Shown one piece after another: positions 33,214-43,319 of a DNA stretch of 64,000 nucleotides. The notes under the pieces were generated by a model that did no database searches, was not told the DNA's origin, and saw only the letters and a program-made list of their open reading frames with translations. The position numbers and the translations under genes were made by a program. The stretch is from a virus: positions 27,621 through 91,620 of the IMG/VR virus record IMGVR_UViG_3300047554_000303. One strand, given 5' to 3'. Positions within the stretch are counted from its first letter, which is position 1, and the number at the start of each line of letters is the position of its first letter.

Positions 33214-34255
33214 CTCCTCCTCCTACAAATGAATCAGGTGTTGATAATACCTTAGCACGGAGTTCGTCTACTAAGTCAACCTCTTCACGTAGTGAGGCAA
33301 CAAATGACTCTTGACCCTGCCACTTGCGGTCTGCATAATAAATCCAGCCACCCTTACGGTCGACTATCTGCTTCACAATTGCCATGGCAGCAACTTCCTT
33401 AGCGAAGTCAAAGTCACCAGCTGAGTAAATGCCAGAGTCTTGGAAGTAGAAGTCGACATAAGCTACACGCTGTGGTGGGGCAGTCTTGTTCTTAATAGTG
33501 CGAATCTTGATGCGCTGGCCTACACGAACCTTGTTAGTTCCTGAGCCTTCCTCAATCCACTCGTCACGGCGAACCTCTGAGCGAGTAAAGAAGGCGTAGT
33601 TCTTACCCTCACCACCAGGAGTGGTGCGTGGGTCTCCGTGCATTACACCAATCTTCATACGGTACTGGTTAATAACCAGACCTAGAATAGGTCGCTCGTC
33701 TTCTACTAGGGAACGCTTCATTGCAGACCCTACGACACGGAAGAACTTGTTAGTTAGCAGCGCACCCTTACCCACAGTCATTTCGTCCATGGTCTTCTCC
33801 ATTTCTGGAGCAGGGGATAGTGCTGGCAAGGAGTCGATGACGATTGCATCTACGGACTTAGACTCTGCAAAAGCAATTACAGCGTCGTATGCCTGCTCCA
33901 TAATGTTGGTCTCAACCACAATGACACGGCTGGTGTCAACGCCACACATCTCGGCGTACTCTGGAACCCACTGCTCGGCAGCTACCCACACAGTGATGTG
34001 TGCTGGGTTTGCTTGCTGGTTAGCAGCAATGGTCTTCAAAGCGATTGCGGTCTTGCCGTGGGATGGCTCACCAATTAGCTCGTTCCACTGGTTGGCAGGG
34101 AACCCGCCACCTAGAACGTAGTCAAAAGTAGTAGAGCCTGTACTAATTCTTTGAATCAGGTCTGTGCGAATGTTCTCGCCGATTACTACGGTGTTCTCAC
34201 CGAATCGTTTGTTGATTTGTGCCATGACTTTCATGGCTTCTGGACTAATCATCAA
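33206..34255 (-). CDS. recA: RecA/UvsX recombinase
   Basis: ISTGS..FD..LGGG, GEPSHGKT, IVIDS, INQ.R.KIGVMHGDP.TTPGG, KNKTAPP. Confidence 0.95.
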   Translation of the reverse strand: MMISPEAMKVMAQINKRFGENTVVIGENIRTDLIQRISTGSTTFDYVLGGGFPANQWNELIGEPSHGKTAIALKTIAANQQANPAHITVWVAAEQWVPEYAEMCGVDTSRVIVVETNIMEQAYDAVIAFAESKSVDAIVIDSLPALSPAPEMEKTMDEMTVGKGALLTNKFFRVVGSAMKRSLVEDERPILGLVINQYRMKIGVMHGDPRTTPGGEGKNYAFFTRSEVRRDEWIEEGSGTNKVRVGQRIKIRTIKNKTAPPQRVAYVDFYFQDSGIYSAGDFDFAKEVAAMAIVKQIVDRKGGWIYYADRKWQGQESFVASLREEVDLVDELRAKVLSTPDSFVGGGDG

Positions 34256-34397
34256 GTTCCTTTCCTCCTCTAATCAGGTCTTGAATCCTGGGTTTTACAC
34301 TGTCTGGTAGAAGCAAGTCTAGCTTAATAACAGTCAGAATCCTATCCTGCTCGTCGGCTCGCCCCATGTAATAGCCGTCAAAGTACTCTTTGCTCAC
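34245..34397 (-). CDS. Small hypothetical protein (50 aa)
   Basis: GTGA-coupled; EQDRILTVIK...LIRG resembles the cassette module. Confidence 0.55.
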   Translation of the reverse strand: MSKEYFDGYYMGRADEQDRILTVIKLDLLLPDSVKPRIQDLIRGGKELDD

Positions 34398-34600
34398 GCC
34401 TTCTTTTGAGATGCCCATATTGGTGCTTTCGTTTCATTCTTCTTCAAGGTCAGTACAGCGTCGTAGTGACCGTTCTTCTTTAGCAACTCTAGAATACGTA
34501 GGTACTCAGAGTGCTTCCCTGCAGTTGCTCCTCTGGTCATGGCAGCAGCGTAGTGCTCAGCTGCGATGTCTAGCGGAACTAGTTGTTCAAGTGTGCTCAT
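34394..34600 (-). CDS. Hypothetical protein
   Basis: Coupled ORF. Confidence 0.6.
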   Translation of the reverse strand: MSTLEQLVPLDIAAEHYAAAMTRGATAGKHSEYLRILELLKKNGHYDAVLTLKKNETKAPIWASQKKA

Positions 34601-34977
34601 TAGTTAACCCTCCCGATAATCCCTTGCGGGTTGTAGTTGTTTGTTGCATCATTTCCACGAGCGCCCTTGGTGTCACCAACTACTCGTGCTCCTGTTAGGG
34701 AACCGTACTTGCTGCCTGACTGCTCCATAGGGTAGCCACATTCGTAGCAACGTGGCTTGGAGCCATTAAATCCGAAGTAATTGTCAGAACCACAGTCAGG
34801 ACATGCAGCGGTCTGAGAGGCGCTCTGAGCCTTCACGGTAGGCTGCTGAGGTGCTGGGGCCTGGTAAGCAGTCATAGGCACCTGAGAGGGTGCCTGAGGG
34901 ACGCTCTGGGTCCTTGCTGGGGGTGGGGTAGGCTGTTGTTGCTGGAGCTTCTTTGCCCACCAGTCTGAGTTTGTCAT
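34600..34977 (-). CDS. Zinc-ribbon protein with Pro/Gln-rich N-terminus
   Basis: CPDC...CYECGYP. Confidence 0.75.
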   Translation of the reverse strand: MTNSDWWAKKLQQQQPTPPPARTQSVPQAPSQVPMTAYQAPAPQQPTVKAQSASQTAACPDCGSDNYFGFNGSKPRCYECGYPMEQSGSKYGSLTGARVVGDTKGARGNDATNNYNPQGIIGRVN

Positions 34978-35384
34978 TTGTACCTCTTTGGTATCTCTAG
35001 TAGTCCCATGTCTACAAGCTGGGAGATTGCTCCTAAAAGAGCCGCCACCGACACTTGTTCAAGTAACTTTCTACTATCCCACCATACAGCATCTGGGAGT
35101 TTTGCCATGGAGCTGGGCAGGTTTGTCCGCTGATACTCAACTGCCCCCTGAGATAACGATTGTGCGTGAGCATAAAGAAGTGGAATAAGGTGAGAGATAC
35201 GCTCTAGACGCTTTTCGCTCTCTTCCTCTTCTTTCTCCATAAGCTCGTCGCTCTCTGCAGCGCACCCTAGAATCATACTAATCTCGTGAGCGTTGTTTAT
35301 CTGGGAGTCCAGAAGGAAGCCCCGCATACGAGTGCTAATCTCAGCCATAGTAAGGTCAGCCTTTGGCTTTTTAAATAGTCTCAC
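34974..35384 (-). CDS. Hypothetical protein
   Basis: Coupled to polA. Confidence 0.7.
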   Translation of the reverse strand: MRLFKKPKADLTMAEISTRMRGFLLDSQINNAHEISMILGCAAESDELMEKEEEESEKRLERISHLIPLLYAHAQSLSQGAVEYQRTNLPSSMAKLPDAVWWDSRKLLEQVSVAALLGAISQLVDMGLLEIPKRYK

Positions 35385-37384
35385 TTAGCTTCGCCCCACT
35401 TGTCTACAATCTTGACGTCTGCAACCAACGGCACTGTGATAGCTCCCAACTTAATTCCTTCCATGGACTTTCGGATAGCTTCTGCTGTTTCCTCTGCCCT
35501 ATCTTCTGGAGTAATGGTCACGAGTTCGTCGTGCACCGTTAGAATCAAGTTTATATCAGGCTCATTTACAAAGCACGAGTGGGCACGCACCAGGGCGAGT
35601 TTCATAATGTCAGCAGCTGAACCCTGAATCACAGTGTTAAAGGCTTGACGCTCTGCACGTGCTAGAAGTCCCTGCTCTTTACTCTTTAGGTCTGGGATGT
35701 AACGACGACGACCAAACAGAGTTTCTACGTAAGGAATTGGAGCCTGCTGCTTTGCTAAACGCACGACCTTAGCCTTGTACTTATCAATCGACGAGAACTT
35801 CTTCTCAAAGTTAGTCAAAAGGTCTTTGGCTTCTTTCAGAGTACAACCGATGCTTGCAGCAATCTTGTCTGGACCTACTCCATAAGATATAGCTAATACA
35901 AGAACCTTACCAGCCTTGCGGTCTACACCCATAGTGTCACCGATAGCGGTGTAGATGTCACCGCCTGTTCGATAGTTCTCCACCATAACTGGGTCGTTTG
36001 AGAACGACGCAATAACACGTGGCTCAATCTGAGAGTAGTCAGCAACAACCAGCTTGTGTCCTGGAGGTGCAATGAATAGGTTACGAACTAGCTTTCCGTA
36101 GTCACCAGAAGACGGAATGTTCTGGAGGTTAGGCTCTGACGAAGAAAAGCGCCCAGTCTCAGCACCGTGTGCCTTGAAGTTGGTGTGGACTCGTCCGTTG
36201 ATTAGCAGAGAAGACTTCTGAATAATCTTCTTCTTGCCGTTAGTCTCACGCTCTACTTCTCCACCTTTATAGGGTGTTACATATGTCGTCATGAGCTTGT
36301 TTAGGTCTTGGTACTCCAACAGAGTGTCTACCAGCGGGTCTTTACCGCGGTAGAACTCCAGCGCCTCTGCTGAAACAGAGAAGGCTGTGTGGTCGACGTC
36401 TTTGCCAGAGTTGAACATCTCACGACCCTTAGGGGTGAAAGTTACCTTTACCTTTGGGTTTGGCTTGATGCGTGGCTTCTGGGTCACAGGGTCTGGGGCA
36501 AACAACAGGCGCTGCTTAACCTGAACCGAGTTGATAGAGAATGGCTCACCAGCAATCTCAAAGGCTTTAGCTTTTGCCTTCTCAAGGTCTTCGCTAATCT
36601 GCTCTGCCAAGTTGTCTAGCTGCTCTTGGTCGATGTAAGCACCTGTAAGCTCCATATCACACAAAGAGCGAAGCACGTCCATCTCTAGCTTCCATACCTG
36701 CTTAAGTGAGCCAGTAATCTTCGGCTCTAGTGCACGGTAAAGCTTCCAAGTTACGTCGGCGTCAATAGCAGCGTATTTAGCTACGTCGTCAAAAGAGTGC
36801 TGAGAGATGTCCTCACCTACACCCTTGACAATCTCAATACCCAGCTCACGCTTTACGCAAGCCTGCAAGCTGAGGTCAAAGCGGTTGAGGTTGTTGATTA
36901 GGAAGCTCGCCATCAAGGTGTCAAAGTAAGGTTTTACAGGCACTCTCTTCCTGTAATACTTTGCAATCGACTTGAGGTCGAACTTTAGGTTGTGCCCTAC
37001 CTTGAGCTGAGGTCCAAACATCAAAGGCTGAATTGCTTTGAAGACCTGTCCAGGTAGAAGCTGTACTGGTGGCTCACCAAACTGCGGCTTCCAGTGAGCC
37101 TTATTCTTAGAGAAGTGAGCGTCGGTCAAAGGCTTGCCCTTGGCAATCTGTGCTTGACCAGCCTTTAGAAGTGGCTTGGTGTAAAACTGGAACTCACCGT
37201 TAGGGTGGCCCATAGGAATGACGTCTACACGTCCGTCAGTAGCAAATGCAATCCAAGCTACGTCGTTAATGACGGGAAGAATGCGGTGCTCTCCGATTGT
37301 CTCTACGTCAAACGCAAAGCCATCGACCTTAGAGTATGCAGCTACGAACTCGTCCAGCTGCTCAAGTGTTGTAATGATGTTCAT
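35381..37384 (-). CDS. polA: Family A DNA polymerase with 3'-5' exonuclease
   Basis: FDVET, TGRFSSSEPNLQNIP, ADYSQIE, R...K.......YG, VHDEL. Confidence 0.96.
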   Translation of the reverse strand: MNIITTLEQLDEFVAAYSKVDGFAFDVETIGEHRILPVINDVAWIAFATDGRVDVIPMGHPNGEFQFYTKPLLKAGQAQIAKGKPLTDAHFSKNKAHWKPQFGEPPVQLLPGQVFKAIQPLMFGPQLKVGHNLKFDLKSIAKYYRKRVPVKPYFDTLMASFLINNLNRFDLSLQACVKRELGIEIVKGVGEDISQHSFDDVAKYAAIDADVTWKLYRALEPKITGSLKQVWKLEMDVLRSLCDMELTGAYIDQEQLDNLAEQISEDLEKAKAKAFEIAGEPFSINSVQVKQRLLFAPDPVTQKPRIKPNPKVKVTFTPKGREMFNSGKDVDHTAFSVSAEALEFYRGKDPLVDTLLEYQDLNKLMTTYVTPYKGGEVERETNGKKKIIQKSSLLINGRVHTNFKAHGAETGRFSSSEPNLQNIPSSGDYGKLVRNLFIAPPGHKLVVADYSQIEPRVIASFSNDPVMVENYRTGGDIYTAIGDTMGVDRKAGKVLVLAISYGVGPDKIAASIGCTLKEAKDLLTNFEKKFSSIDKYKAKVVRLAKQQAPIPYVETLFGRRRYIPDLKSKEQGLLARAERQAFNTVIQGSAADIMKLALVRAHSCFVNEPDINLILTVHDELVTITPEDRAEETAEAIRKSMEGIKLGAITVPLVADVKIVDKWGEAK

Positions 37385-37406
37385 AATGCCCCATGAAGTT
37401 TAAGAG

Positions 37407-37453
37407 GGGGGAAGCCACAATACGGAGAGGAGGGATGGACTGTGGCTTCCCCC
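37407..37453 (-). terminator. 13-bp hairpin with CU-rich loop between ssb and polA
   Basis: GGGGGAAGCCACA/TGTGGCTTCCCCC with a 21-nt loop. Confidence 0.5.
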
Positions 37454-37465
37454 GTGGTGTGTAAC

Positions 37466-38137
37466 CTAGCTTACGAGCTGGCGTGCTACCTTGAGGTTTT
37501 CCTCATAGGGGGCAACGTAGATAGACTTCGCGTCGTAGCGAGGGGCGACTGCTGCGACAGCGTCTATCTTCTCTGGGTCTAGGTCCCACTCTTCAGCGAG
37601 CTCGGAAGCCCGCACACGCTCAACGGTGTACTGAGTGTCACGGCCAGTTCCCTGACGTGAAATTGCCCAGTAGTACTTGCTTAGAGGTCCACGGCGGGGG
37701 TCCTCGTTAGCAGCCTGTAGTTGGCGTGCAAGTGTTACAGAAGCAGTCAGCACCTGAACCTCTGGAGTCTCGGAAGACAGGTTCAGGATGTTGAATGCAG
37801 CTTTGGCACGTGGGGTCAGACCAGCGATTACGGTTAGCGGGTCGTCTTCTCCTAGCGATACAAATGAACGCCATGAGACGGTTCCGTTGTCGTTTGGTAC
37901 CTGTACCCAGTGCTGCTTGTACACCGCAAACGGCTCGTCCTCAATAAAGCGGACAAGCTGAGCCTGCTCGGTGAACTTGAAGTCAGTAGGGTAGTCTCCA
38001 GCCTCACGCTTTGGCTTGGAAACTGCGGTGATGGCACCCCAACCTGCCTGCACGGTGGTGCCGTGCTTAGGGGCTGCCTCTACCTCATCGTTGATGAAGT
38101 AGTCGTTTGAATCAACTTCGGGCTCTAAAATAGCCAT
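37466..38137 (-). CDS. Single-stranded DNA-binding protein (gp32-like)
   Basis: VRF.EDEPF.VY.QHWV...ISRQGTG.DTQY; replication context. Confidence 0.7.
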   Translation of the reverse strand: MAILEPEVDSNDYFINDEVEAAPKHGTTVQAGWGAITAVSKPKREAGDYPTDFKFTEQAQLVRFIEDEPFAVYKQHWVQVPNDNGTVSWRSFVSLGEDDPLTVIAGLTPRAKAAFNILNLSSETPEVQVLTASVTLARQLQAANEDPRRGPLSKYYWAISRQGTGRDTQYTVERVRASELAEEWDLDPEKIDAVAAVAPRYDAKSIYVAPYEENLKVARQLVS

Positions 38138-38165
38138 AATGTACTGTTCTTTCTAATCGGAGACG

Positions 38166-38654
38166 TTACTCGGTTTTTGATTTGGCTACAGCGGTCTTCC
38201 ATCGGGCTACAAGAGCCTCTGTTAAATCGCCTAGCAGTTTCCACTCTACACGAGCTGAACCCAAAAGTCCACGAGCTGCAAACTCTTCGATAGTAATTTC
38301 GATAAGTTCCCGTGTGTAAACACGGTTGCCGTTTACTTTTTGCCCATTCAGTTGCTTTGAGCGGAGTCTGTAAGGAGCTACGGGGATGTATCCCTTTCGC
38401 TCCCACAGTCGGATGGTGACAATCTGCTTCTCTAGGGCCTGTGCTAGCGCTCCTACAGTAAACAGCTCTGTCTCCACTCCATTCAGGGTTTTAATAATTG
38501 GGTTTTCATCCCAACCATTAGACTCCCCGAAAGCTTGTGCACGCTTCTTCTGTGCGACAGGTGAGTCAGGACGGCGTGGCTTACGTGAGCCTGGGACGGT
38601 GTCCAGACCTTCAAACGCTTTGAGGATGTCCTCTTCGCTACGCATTCCTGGCAT
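38166..38654 (-). CDS. MerR-like HTH DNA-binding protein
   Basis: FTVGALAQAL...TIRLWERKGYIP...R.YT. Confidence 0.8.
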   Translation of the reverse strand: MPGMRSEEDILKAFEGLDTVPGSRKPRRPDSPVAQKKRAQAFGESNGWDENPIIKTLNGVETELFTVGALAQALEKQIVTIRLWERKGYIPVAPYRLRSKQLNGQKVNGNRVYTRELIEITIEEFAARGLLGSARVEWKLLGDLTEALVARWKTAVAKSKTE

Positions 38655-38657
38655 AAG

Positions 38658-39098
38658 TTACTTCTTTGGTGTTCTCAGTGCCCATACAACAGTAGTAGGG
38701 AACATCTGGTCAATCTGCTCTTCGGTAATCTTGCCCTCGTAGTAAGCAGCCATGAGCGCATCTTCATCGATTACTCGCACCATCTTGTAGACCTCGTCTT
38801 CAAGACTCTGGGCTGTAATGATTTCTTCTGCGACAGTCTCGTCTAGCTTACGGGTAGCACGGCGCTGCTTCTCAAGACGAGTGACACCTTCAATAGGGGA
38901 GTCAAACTGGTAGAGCACATTGCCCTTCTCGTCTTCTTCGCCCTCAGCATCAAGCAAATCAAAAAGCTTGGTGCGCAATTCTTTTTTGCGCTCTTCTAGC
39001 GAGTCAATAGCTTGTGATAGCTTGATGTACTCACGGATTTGTGAGTCTGAATCATCTGGATTTGCGAACTCTCTTGGTTCGTCGATTGCCTTTGGCAT
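38658..39098 (-). CDS. Hypothetical protein, possibly Gam-like DNA end-protection protein
   Basis: N-terminal coiled coil; IDEDAL motif. Confidence 0.45.
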   Translation of the reverse strand: MPKAIDEPREFANPDDSDSQIREYIKLSQAIDSLEERKKELRTKLFDLLDAEGEEDEKGNVLYQFDSPIEGVTRLEKQRRATRKLDETVAEEIITAQSLEDEVYKMVRVIDEDALMAAYYEGKITEEQIDQMFPTTVVWALRTPKK

Positions 39099-39106
39099 GT
39101 TCCCTC

Positions 39107-40660
39107 CTACAGTAACTTATCCGTTAAGAAGTTTATAAGACTTCCTACAGTCAAGTCAACTCCTCCCTTGGAGTTTATACCCTCACCGTCAAGAATTGCG
39201 TTAGCAATGTTTGATTTCTGTCTCAGCGTGTCGTACTGTCGCTGCTCAATGCTTCCTTTGACAAGGATGTCTTGAATCGTGATAGTCGACCACGTACTTG
39301 ACGCCCTATTGATGCGGCCGTTTCTTTGCACAGCAAGACCAGCGCTCCAAGGCTGGTCATAATTGACAAGAAGATTAGACTGAGGCAAATCCACACCGTA
39401 ACCACCAGCATCACTACTGACAAGAACACGACAACTTGCACTAGATTGAAAATGGACTTTAGCTGACTCTTTTTCACTGGCGTTCATCCTTCCTGTGTAC
39501 GCCACTGCTTCATACCCTGAAGCATTCAACCTTGAGACTATCTCTTCTACTGACTTTATGTAGGAGCTGAATACAACAGCTTTGTAACTTGGGTCAATGT
39601 CTAAGTGGTCTTGTAGGTAGCTGATGGTGGCGTCTAACTTAGGGGCCTTGTTTAACTCGTCTAGCTTTTCTCCCAAAGAGTGAATGTAGGCGCTGCCTTT
39701 GCCTGAGTGAGCGGCAAATTCTGCAGCACTTGCTTGAAGAACCTGAGGACTAGAACAAAGCATTCTCATAGCGGTGATTCTGGACATGACTTGCCCCCGC
39801 ATCTCGTTCATCGGGTCATCAGCAGACAGCTGACCGTAGTGTGCAGCCAGGTTGAATGACGACCCAAATGTTTCACGAGCCTCTATTAAAAGCTCTAATA
39901 AGTCTGTAGCAATGTAGTCATACACTTTCTGAGCTTTTGAGTCCAAGGAAATTAAGAGCGGCTCTCGGTACACAGCGTCTGGTAGGTACGGCTTTACGTC
40001 TTCATCTTTCTGGGACTTACGTACAGCGTGGTCCGACAGAACTTTGTGAAGAGTAGCTAGATTTCGATAGCGCTGAACTCCGCCAAAGTGATTGCGGACG
40101 ATAAACGTCTGGTCAAACAAATCAAAACGACCTAGCACAGTAGAGTCTACAAACTGCATAATGCTGTAAATCTCTTCTGGCTTACCATTCTCAATAGGTG
40201 TACCTGTTAAAGCAAACCTGATTGGAATTGGCTTGGCTAGTTCTTTAACTCTTTTAGCTCTTTTGGCTCTAAAGCCTTTGATTGCAGTAGCTTCATCACA
40301 GACGATTGCTTTGAACGGAATGTGCCTGACAATTTCCCAGTCATTTACAATCTGCTCGTAATTCATGACGGTGTAGCTGTGGTTGTTGACCTGAGCATAC
40401 TGCTCGGCTCTTTGTTTAGGAGTGCCGTCAATAACTATGGCGGTCTTGTCTGTGAACTTGGCGACTTCTTTTTGCCACTGATACTTTAGGGAAGCTAGGC
40501 ACAGCACCAAGGTTGGCCCTTCGACTTCAAGCGCTTCAACTGCGGCGATGGTCATAGGGGTCTTTCCCAGACCCATTTCGTAAGCAACAAGCATGCGCTT
40601 GTTCTCAACCATCTTTGTGACGGCCTCAGTTTGGTATGGCTTGAGAGTTCCCGTAAACAT
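39107..40660 (-). CDS. SNF2-family helicase
   Basis: EMGLGKT, CDEA, LTGTPIEN, QRNGRINR. Confidence 0.92.
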   Translation of the reverse strand: MFTGTLKPYQTEAVTKMVENKRMLVAYEMGLGKTPMTIAAVEALEVEGPTLVLCLASLKYQWQKEVAKFTDKTAIVIDGTPKQRAEQYAQVNNHSYTVMNYEQIVNDWEIVRHIPFKAIVCDEATAIKGFRAKRAKRVKELAKPIPIRFALTGTPIENGKPEEIYSIMQFVDSTVLGRFDLFDQTFIVRNHFGGVQRYRNLATLHKVLSDHAVRKSQKDEDVKPYLPDAVYREPLLISLDSKAQKVYDYIATDLLELLIEARETFGSSFNLAAHYGQLSADDPMNEMRGQVMSRITAMRMLCSSPQVLQASAAEFAAHSGKGSAYIHSLGEKLDELNKAPKLDATISYLQDHLDIDPSYKAVVFSSYIKSVEEIVSRLNASGYEAVAYTGRMNASEKESAKVHFQSSASCRVLVSSDAGGYGVDLPQSNLLVNYDQPWSAGLAVQRNGRINRASSTWSTITIQDILVKGSIEQRQYDTLRQKSNIANAILDGEGINSKGGVDLTVGSLINFLTDKLL

Positions 40661-41633
40661 ATGCTGATTCGCCTAGTATTGCAGACTTGGCGTTCTCAAT
40701 ACCCCACTGAATCTCGTCGTTGGTCATGTCGCCTGGGTCCTTCTTACCGCTGTCACCGTAGTTGAAGAAGAACAGGTTCATACCAAACTTACGAGCCCAG
40801 ATACGCATTTGGTCGCTGGCTTTCTTTCCAGCAGAGTCAATGTTGGGGTTATCGAACGCCGCAATTACTTTCTCTGAATACCGCAGAAGTTTCGCCTGCT
40901 CTTCGCTGACGATAGCTCCGCATGTTGCGACTGCTCCTTCGTATCCTGCACTATAAATTCTTAAACAGTCTAATGGAGATTCTACAACTATGGCGATATC
41001 CTCACGCTGAATCTCGCCACCGAACAAAGTCTTAGACTTCTGAAGTCCTGCTGGGCGATTCTTAAACGTGCGGTCAACAGTTCCCTTTTCTTGCCAGCCC
41101 ATCAACTTCTGGAAGTGAGGTTCACGAAGAGGGAGAATCCAGGTAGAAGTGTTGCGGTTCCACTGAACCCCGTACTTGATTGCTGCTTCTCGTGTTATTT
41201 GACGGGCTTCAAGAGCTTCGTCTGGAGGTGATACGTAAATTGCTAACCGTGCTTCTGACATAGGGACTGGGCGGGGAGGCGGAGAGATGTACTGAGGTAT
41301 CTTCCCTAGAGCTTGCTTTAGCTCTTCGATGGTTACCTCAATGGCACCTGCTAGCCACTTGTTGCCCATGTTGTAGTCGTACTGGGCTGGGACTCCATCC
41401 CATGACGGGGTGTAGAACTCTTTTACATCGCAGACAAGCTGTACTAGGTTGCCTTTATAACCACAGGAAAAACAAATGTGCTGCCCTGAGGTCAAGTGAA
41501 TAAACCACGAAGGGTTGTGGTCAGGGTCTCCTGTAATACGCTCGTGCATTGGGCAGAGCGCTTGGGCGTTCTCCCCACGGTCTTGATACTCAATCTCTAG
41601 TGCTTCAAGAGCCTTCTCTACGTTGTGGTTCAT
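40626..41633 (-). CDS. DNA primase (CHC2 zinc finger plus TOPRIM)
   Basis: CPMH...CFSC; VESPLD, FDN, KDPGD. Confidence 0.9.
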   Translation of the reverse strand: MNHNVEKALEALEIEYQDRGENAQALCPMHERITGDPDHNPSWFIHLTSGQHICFSCGYKGNLVQLVCDVKEFYTPSWDGVPAQYDYNMGNKWLAGAIEVTIEELKQALGKIPQYISPPPRPVPMSEARLAIYVSPPDEALEARQITREAAIKYGVQWNRNTSTWILPLREPHFQKLMGWQEKGTVDRTFKNRPAGLQKSKTLFGGEIQREDIAIVVESPLDCLRIYSAGYEGAVATCGAIVSEEQAKLLRYSEKVIAAFDNPNIDSAGKKASDQMRIWARKFGMNLFFFNYGDSGKKDPGDMTNDEIQWGIENAKSAILGESAYVYGNSQAIPN

Positions 41634-42880
41634 ACCATGCCCCATGGCGAGCAGAACTTGCAAGTAGCTGCCTTGGACTCGTCGTGGAAACAGCCAGTGT
41701 CCCAGTTCCAAGTAATTGAGGTCTCACTTGGTGGGCAGTTACGTGACTGGACAATCTTTAGAAGGCGCATGTTTTCGTCTTCCTCAATTGGCTCAAGACC
41801 AAGGATTACGTCAGAGTCCTGGAAGAACGAAGACGAGTAACCGATAGAGTCGGCGGTAACTTTTCCACCACGCATCTTCCAGAGCAGAGTCTGGGTGGTA
41901 ATGACCACGGGGATGTCTAGCTTCTGAGCCACACGCTTTAGTCCACGGGTGATGTTGGTCAGTGCCTGAGGGGTGTTTGCCTCACCAGTCACTTGGTCTA
42001 GCATCAGGTACACACCGTCAACGAATAGCACGTCTGGGTTTAGCTGCTCTGCCTTAGCAACCAGCGAGTCAATGGTCAAGCCGTTGATGGCATCCACAAA
42101 GTGTAGCGGCTGCTTATCCTTCAGCTCTTCGGTGAAGTTACGAGCACGGTCTTCTTCAGAAGCTGTCAGCTGACCACGGCGCAGGCGGTTGCTTGAAACG
42201 TGCGATGCCATAGCTAGGTAACGCTGCTCTTGCTCGTGGTTGTTCATCTCAAACGACTGGTACATAGGAACCAAGCCAGCTTCGTGAACGTTTGCAGCCA
42301 TACGTAGAGCAATCTGGGACTTACCAGTTTTAGGAGGCGCAATCATGGTGATTAGCTGGCCACCCTGCAAGCCTGCAGTTGCTTCGTCAATCTTCTCAAA
42401 ACCAGTAGGGACTCCCAGAAGCTTGTGGTTCTGCAGCGTCTCATAGTCTTCCCAGAACTTGTCTGAGTTCTTGGTGACGTCAATGTGAGTCGTACCTACG
42501 ACACCTTGAGCGTTGACCAACGTAATGGTCTTGCTCATTTCGGTAAGGGCAGACTCGTGGTCGTTCTGAGTCATCTTGTCCACAACCAGCTCAAGACCAT
42601 TACGGGTCAAGCGGTTGCGACGGAACTCCACCATCTTGTCGATTAGGTATTCAAGGTTATCTTCAACCTTGATGGCTCGGAAGTTAGGGAAGTTATCGGT
42701 GACGGCAATAATTGACGGCACTTCACGGTAGTTGGCGTAGTGCTCACGAACGAACTTCCAGACACGACGTAGGTCGTCGTCCACAATCCACTCGTCGCTA
42801 ATGCCCTGCTCAATAACAGGAATGATTACTCGGTCAGCAATTACTTTGCTAACTAACCGATATTCGTTGTCGTATGCCAT
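41630..42880 (-). CDS. dnaB: DnaB-like replicative helicase
   Basis: APPKTGKS, SFEM, FVDG, QDSDVIL. Confidence 0.92.
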   Translation of the reverse strand: MAYDNEYRLVSKVIADRVIIPVIEQGISDEWIVDDDLRRVWKFVREHYANYREVPSIIAVTDNFPNFRAIKVEDNLEYLIDKMVEFRRNRLTRNGLELVVDKMTQNDHESALTEMSKTITLVNAQGVVGTTHIDVTKNSDKFWEDYETLQNHKLLGVPTGFEKIDEATAGLQGGQLITMIAPPKTGKSQIALRMAANVHEAGLVPMYQSFEMNNHEQEQRYLAMASHVSSNRLRRGQLTASEEDRARNFTEELKDKQPLHFVDAINGLTIDSLVAKAEQLNPDVLFVDGVYLMLDQVTGEANTPQALTNITRGLKRVAQKLDIPVVITTQTLLWKMRGGKVTADSIGYSSSFFQDSDVILGLEPIEEDENMRLLKIVQSRNCPPSETSITWNWDTGCFHDESKAATCKFCSPWGMV

Positions 42881-42899
42881 CTGCCCTCCACAGGAACTA

Positions 42900-43319
42900 T
42901 TACAAGTTGTTTAGGTCTAAGCCCCAAGACCCATATCTTGCAACTTGGTTCGGTAAATCTATCACAGCTTTTAAGTTTGGTCGGTAGGGCAACTCACTAA
43001 CTAAGTCTTGAAAGCTATCGTACAGCTCGGCGTAGTTAAACGGGTTACCACCACGGTTGTCTAAACGTGCCATCAGCTTGTCTACGTCTGCTTGCACCCA
43101 GCCATCAGCTGAGAAAGCCGCCAGCTCAATTGCCAGCCCGTAGTTGAACGATGCGTTCCACAGTTTAGAGAGTTGAGCGTTGTTCAATCCTGTAACAGTG
43201 CGAGAGGTCTTGGACTTACCAAAGACGCCCTTCGTGGTGTTAACGTCGGACTGAACCACGACATCAATAGTGACAATGATTCGTGGAGGAGTCTCGTTAG
43301 AGATGTCCCCATTAATCAT
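42900..43319 (-). CDS. Hypothetical protein (possible degenerate HAD fold)
   Basis: ORF track. Confidence 0.6.
   Translation of the reverse strand: MINGDISNETPPRIIVTIDVVVQSDVNTTKGVFGKSKTSRTVTGLNNAQLSKLWNASFNYGLAIELAAFSADGWVQADVDKLMARLDNRGGNPFNYAELYDSFQDLVSELPYRPNLKAVIDLPNQVARYGSWGLDLNNL

Noticed and set aside
33206-42880. Inteins or introns in recA, polA or the helicases
   Set aside because: Protein lengths are normal and motifs are contiguous
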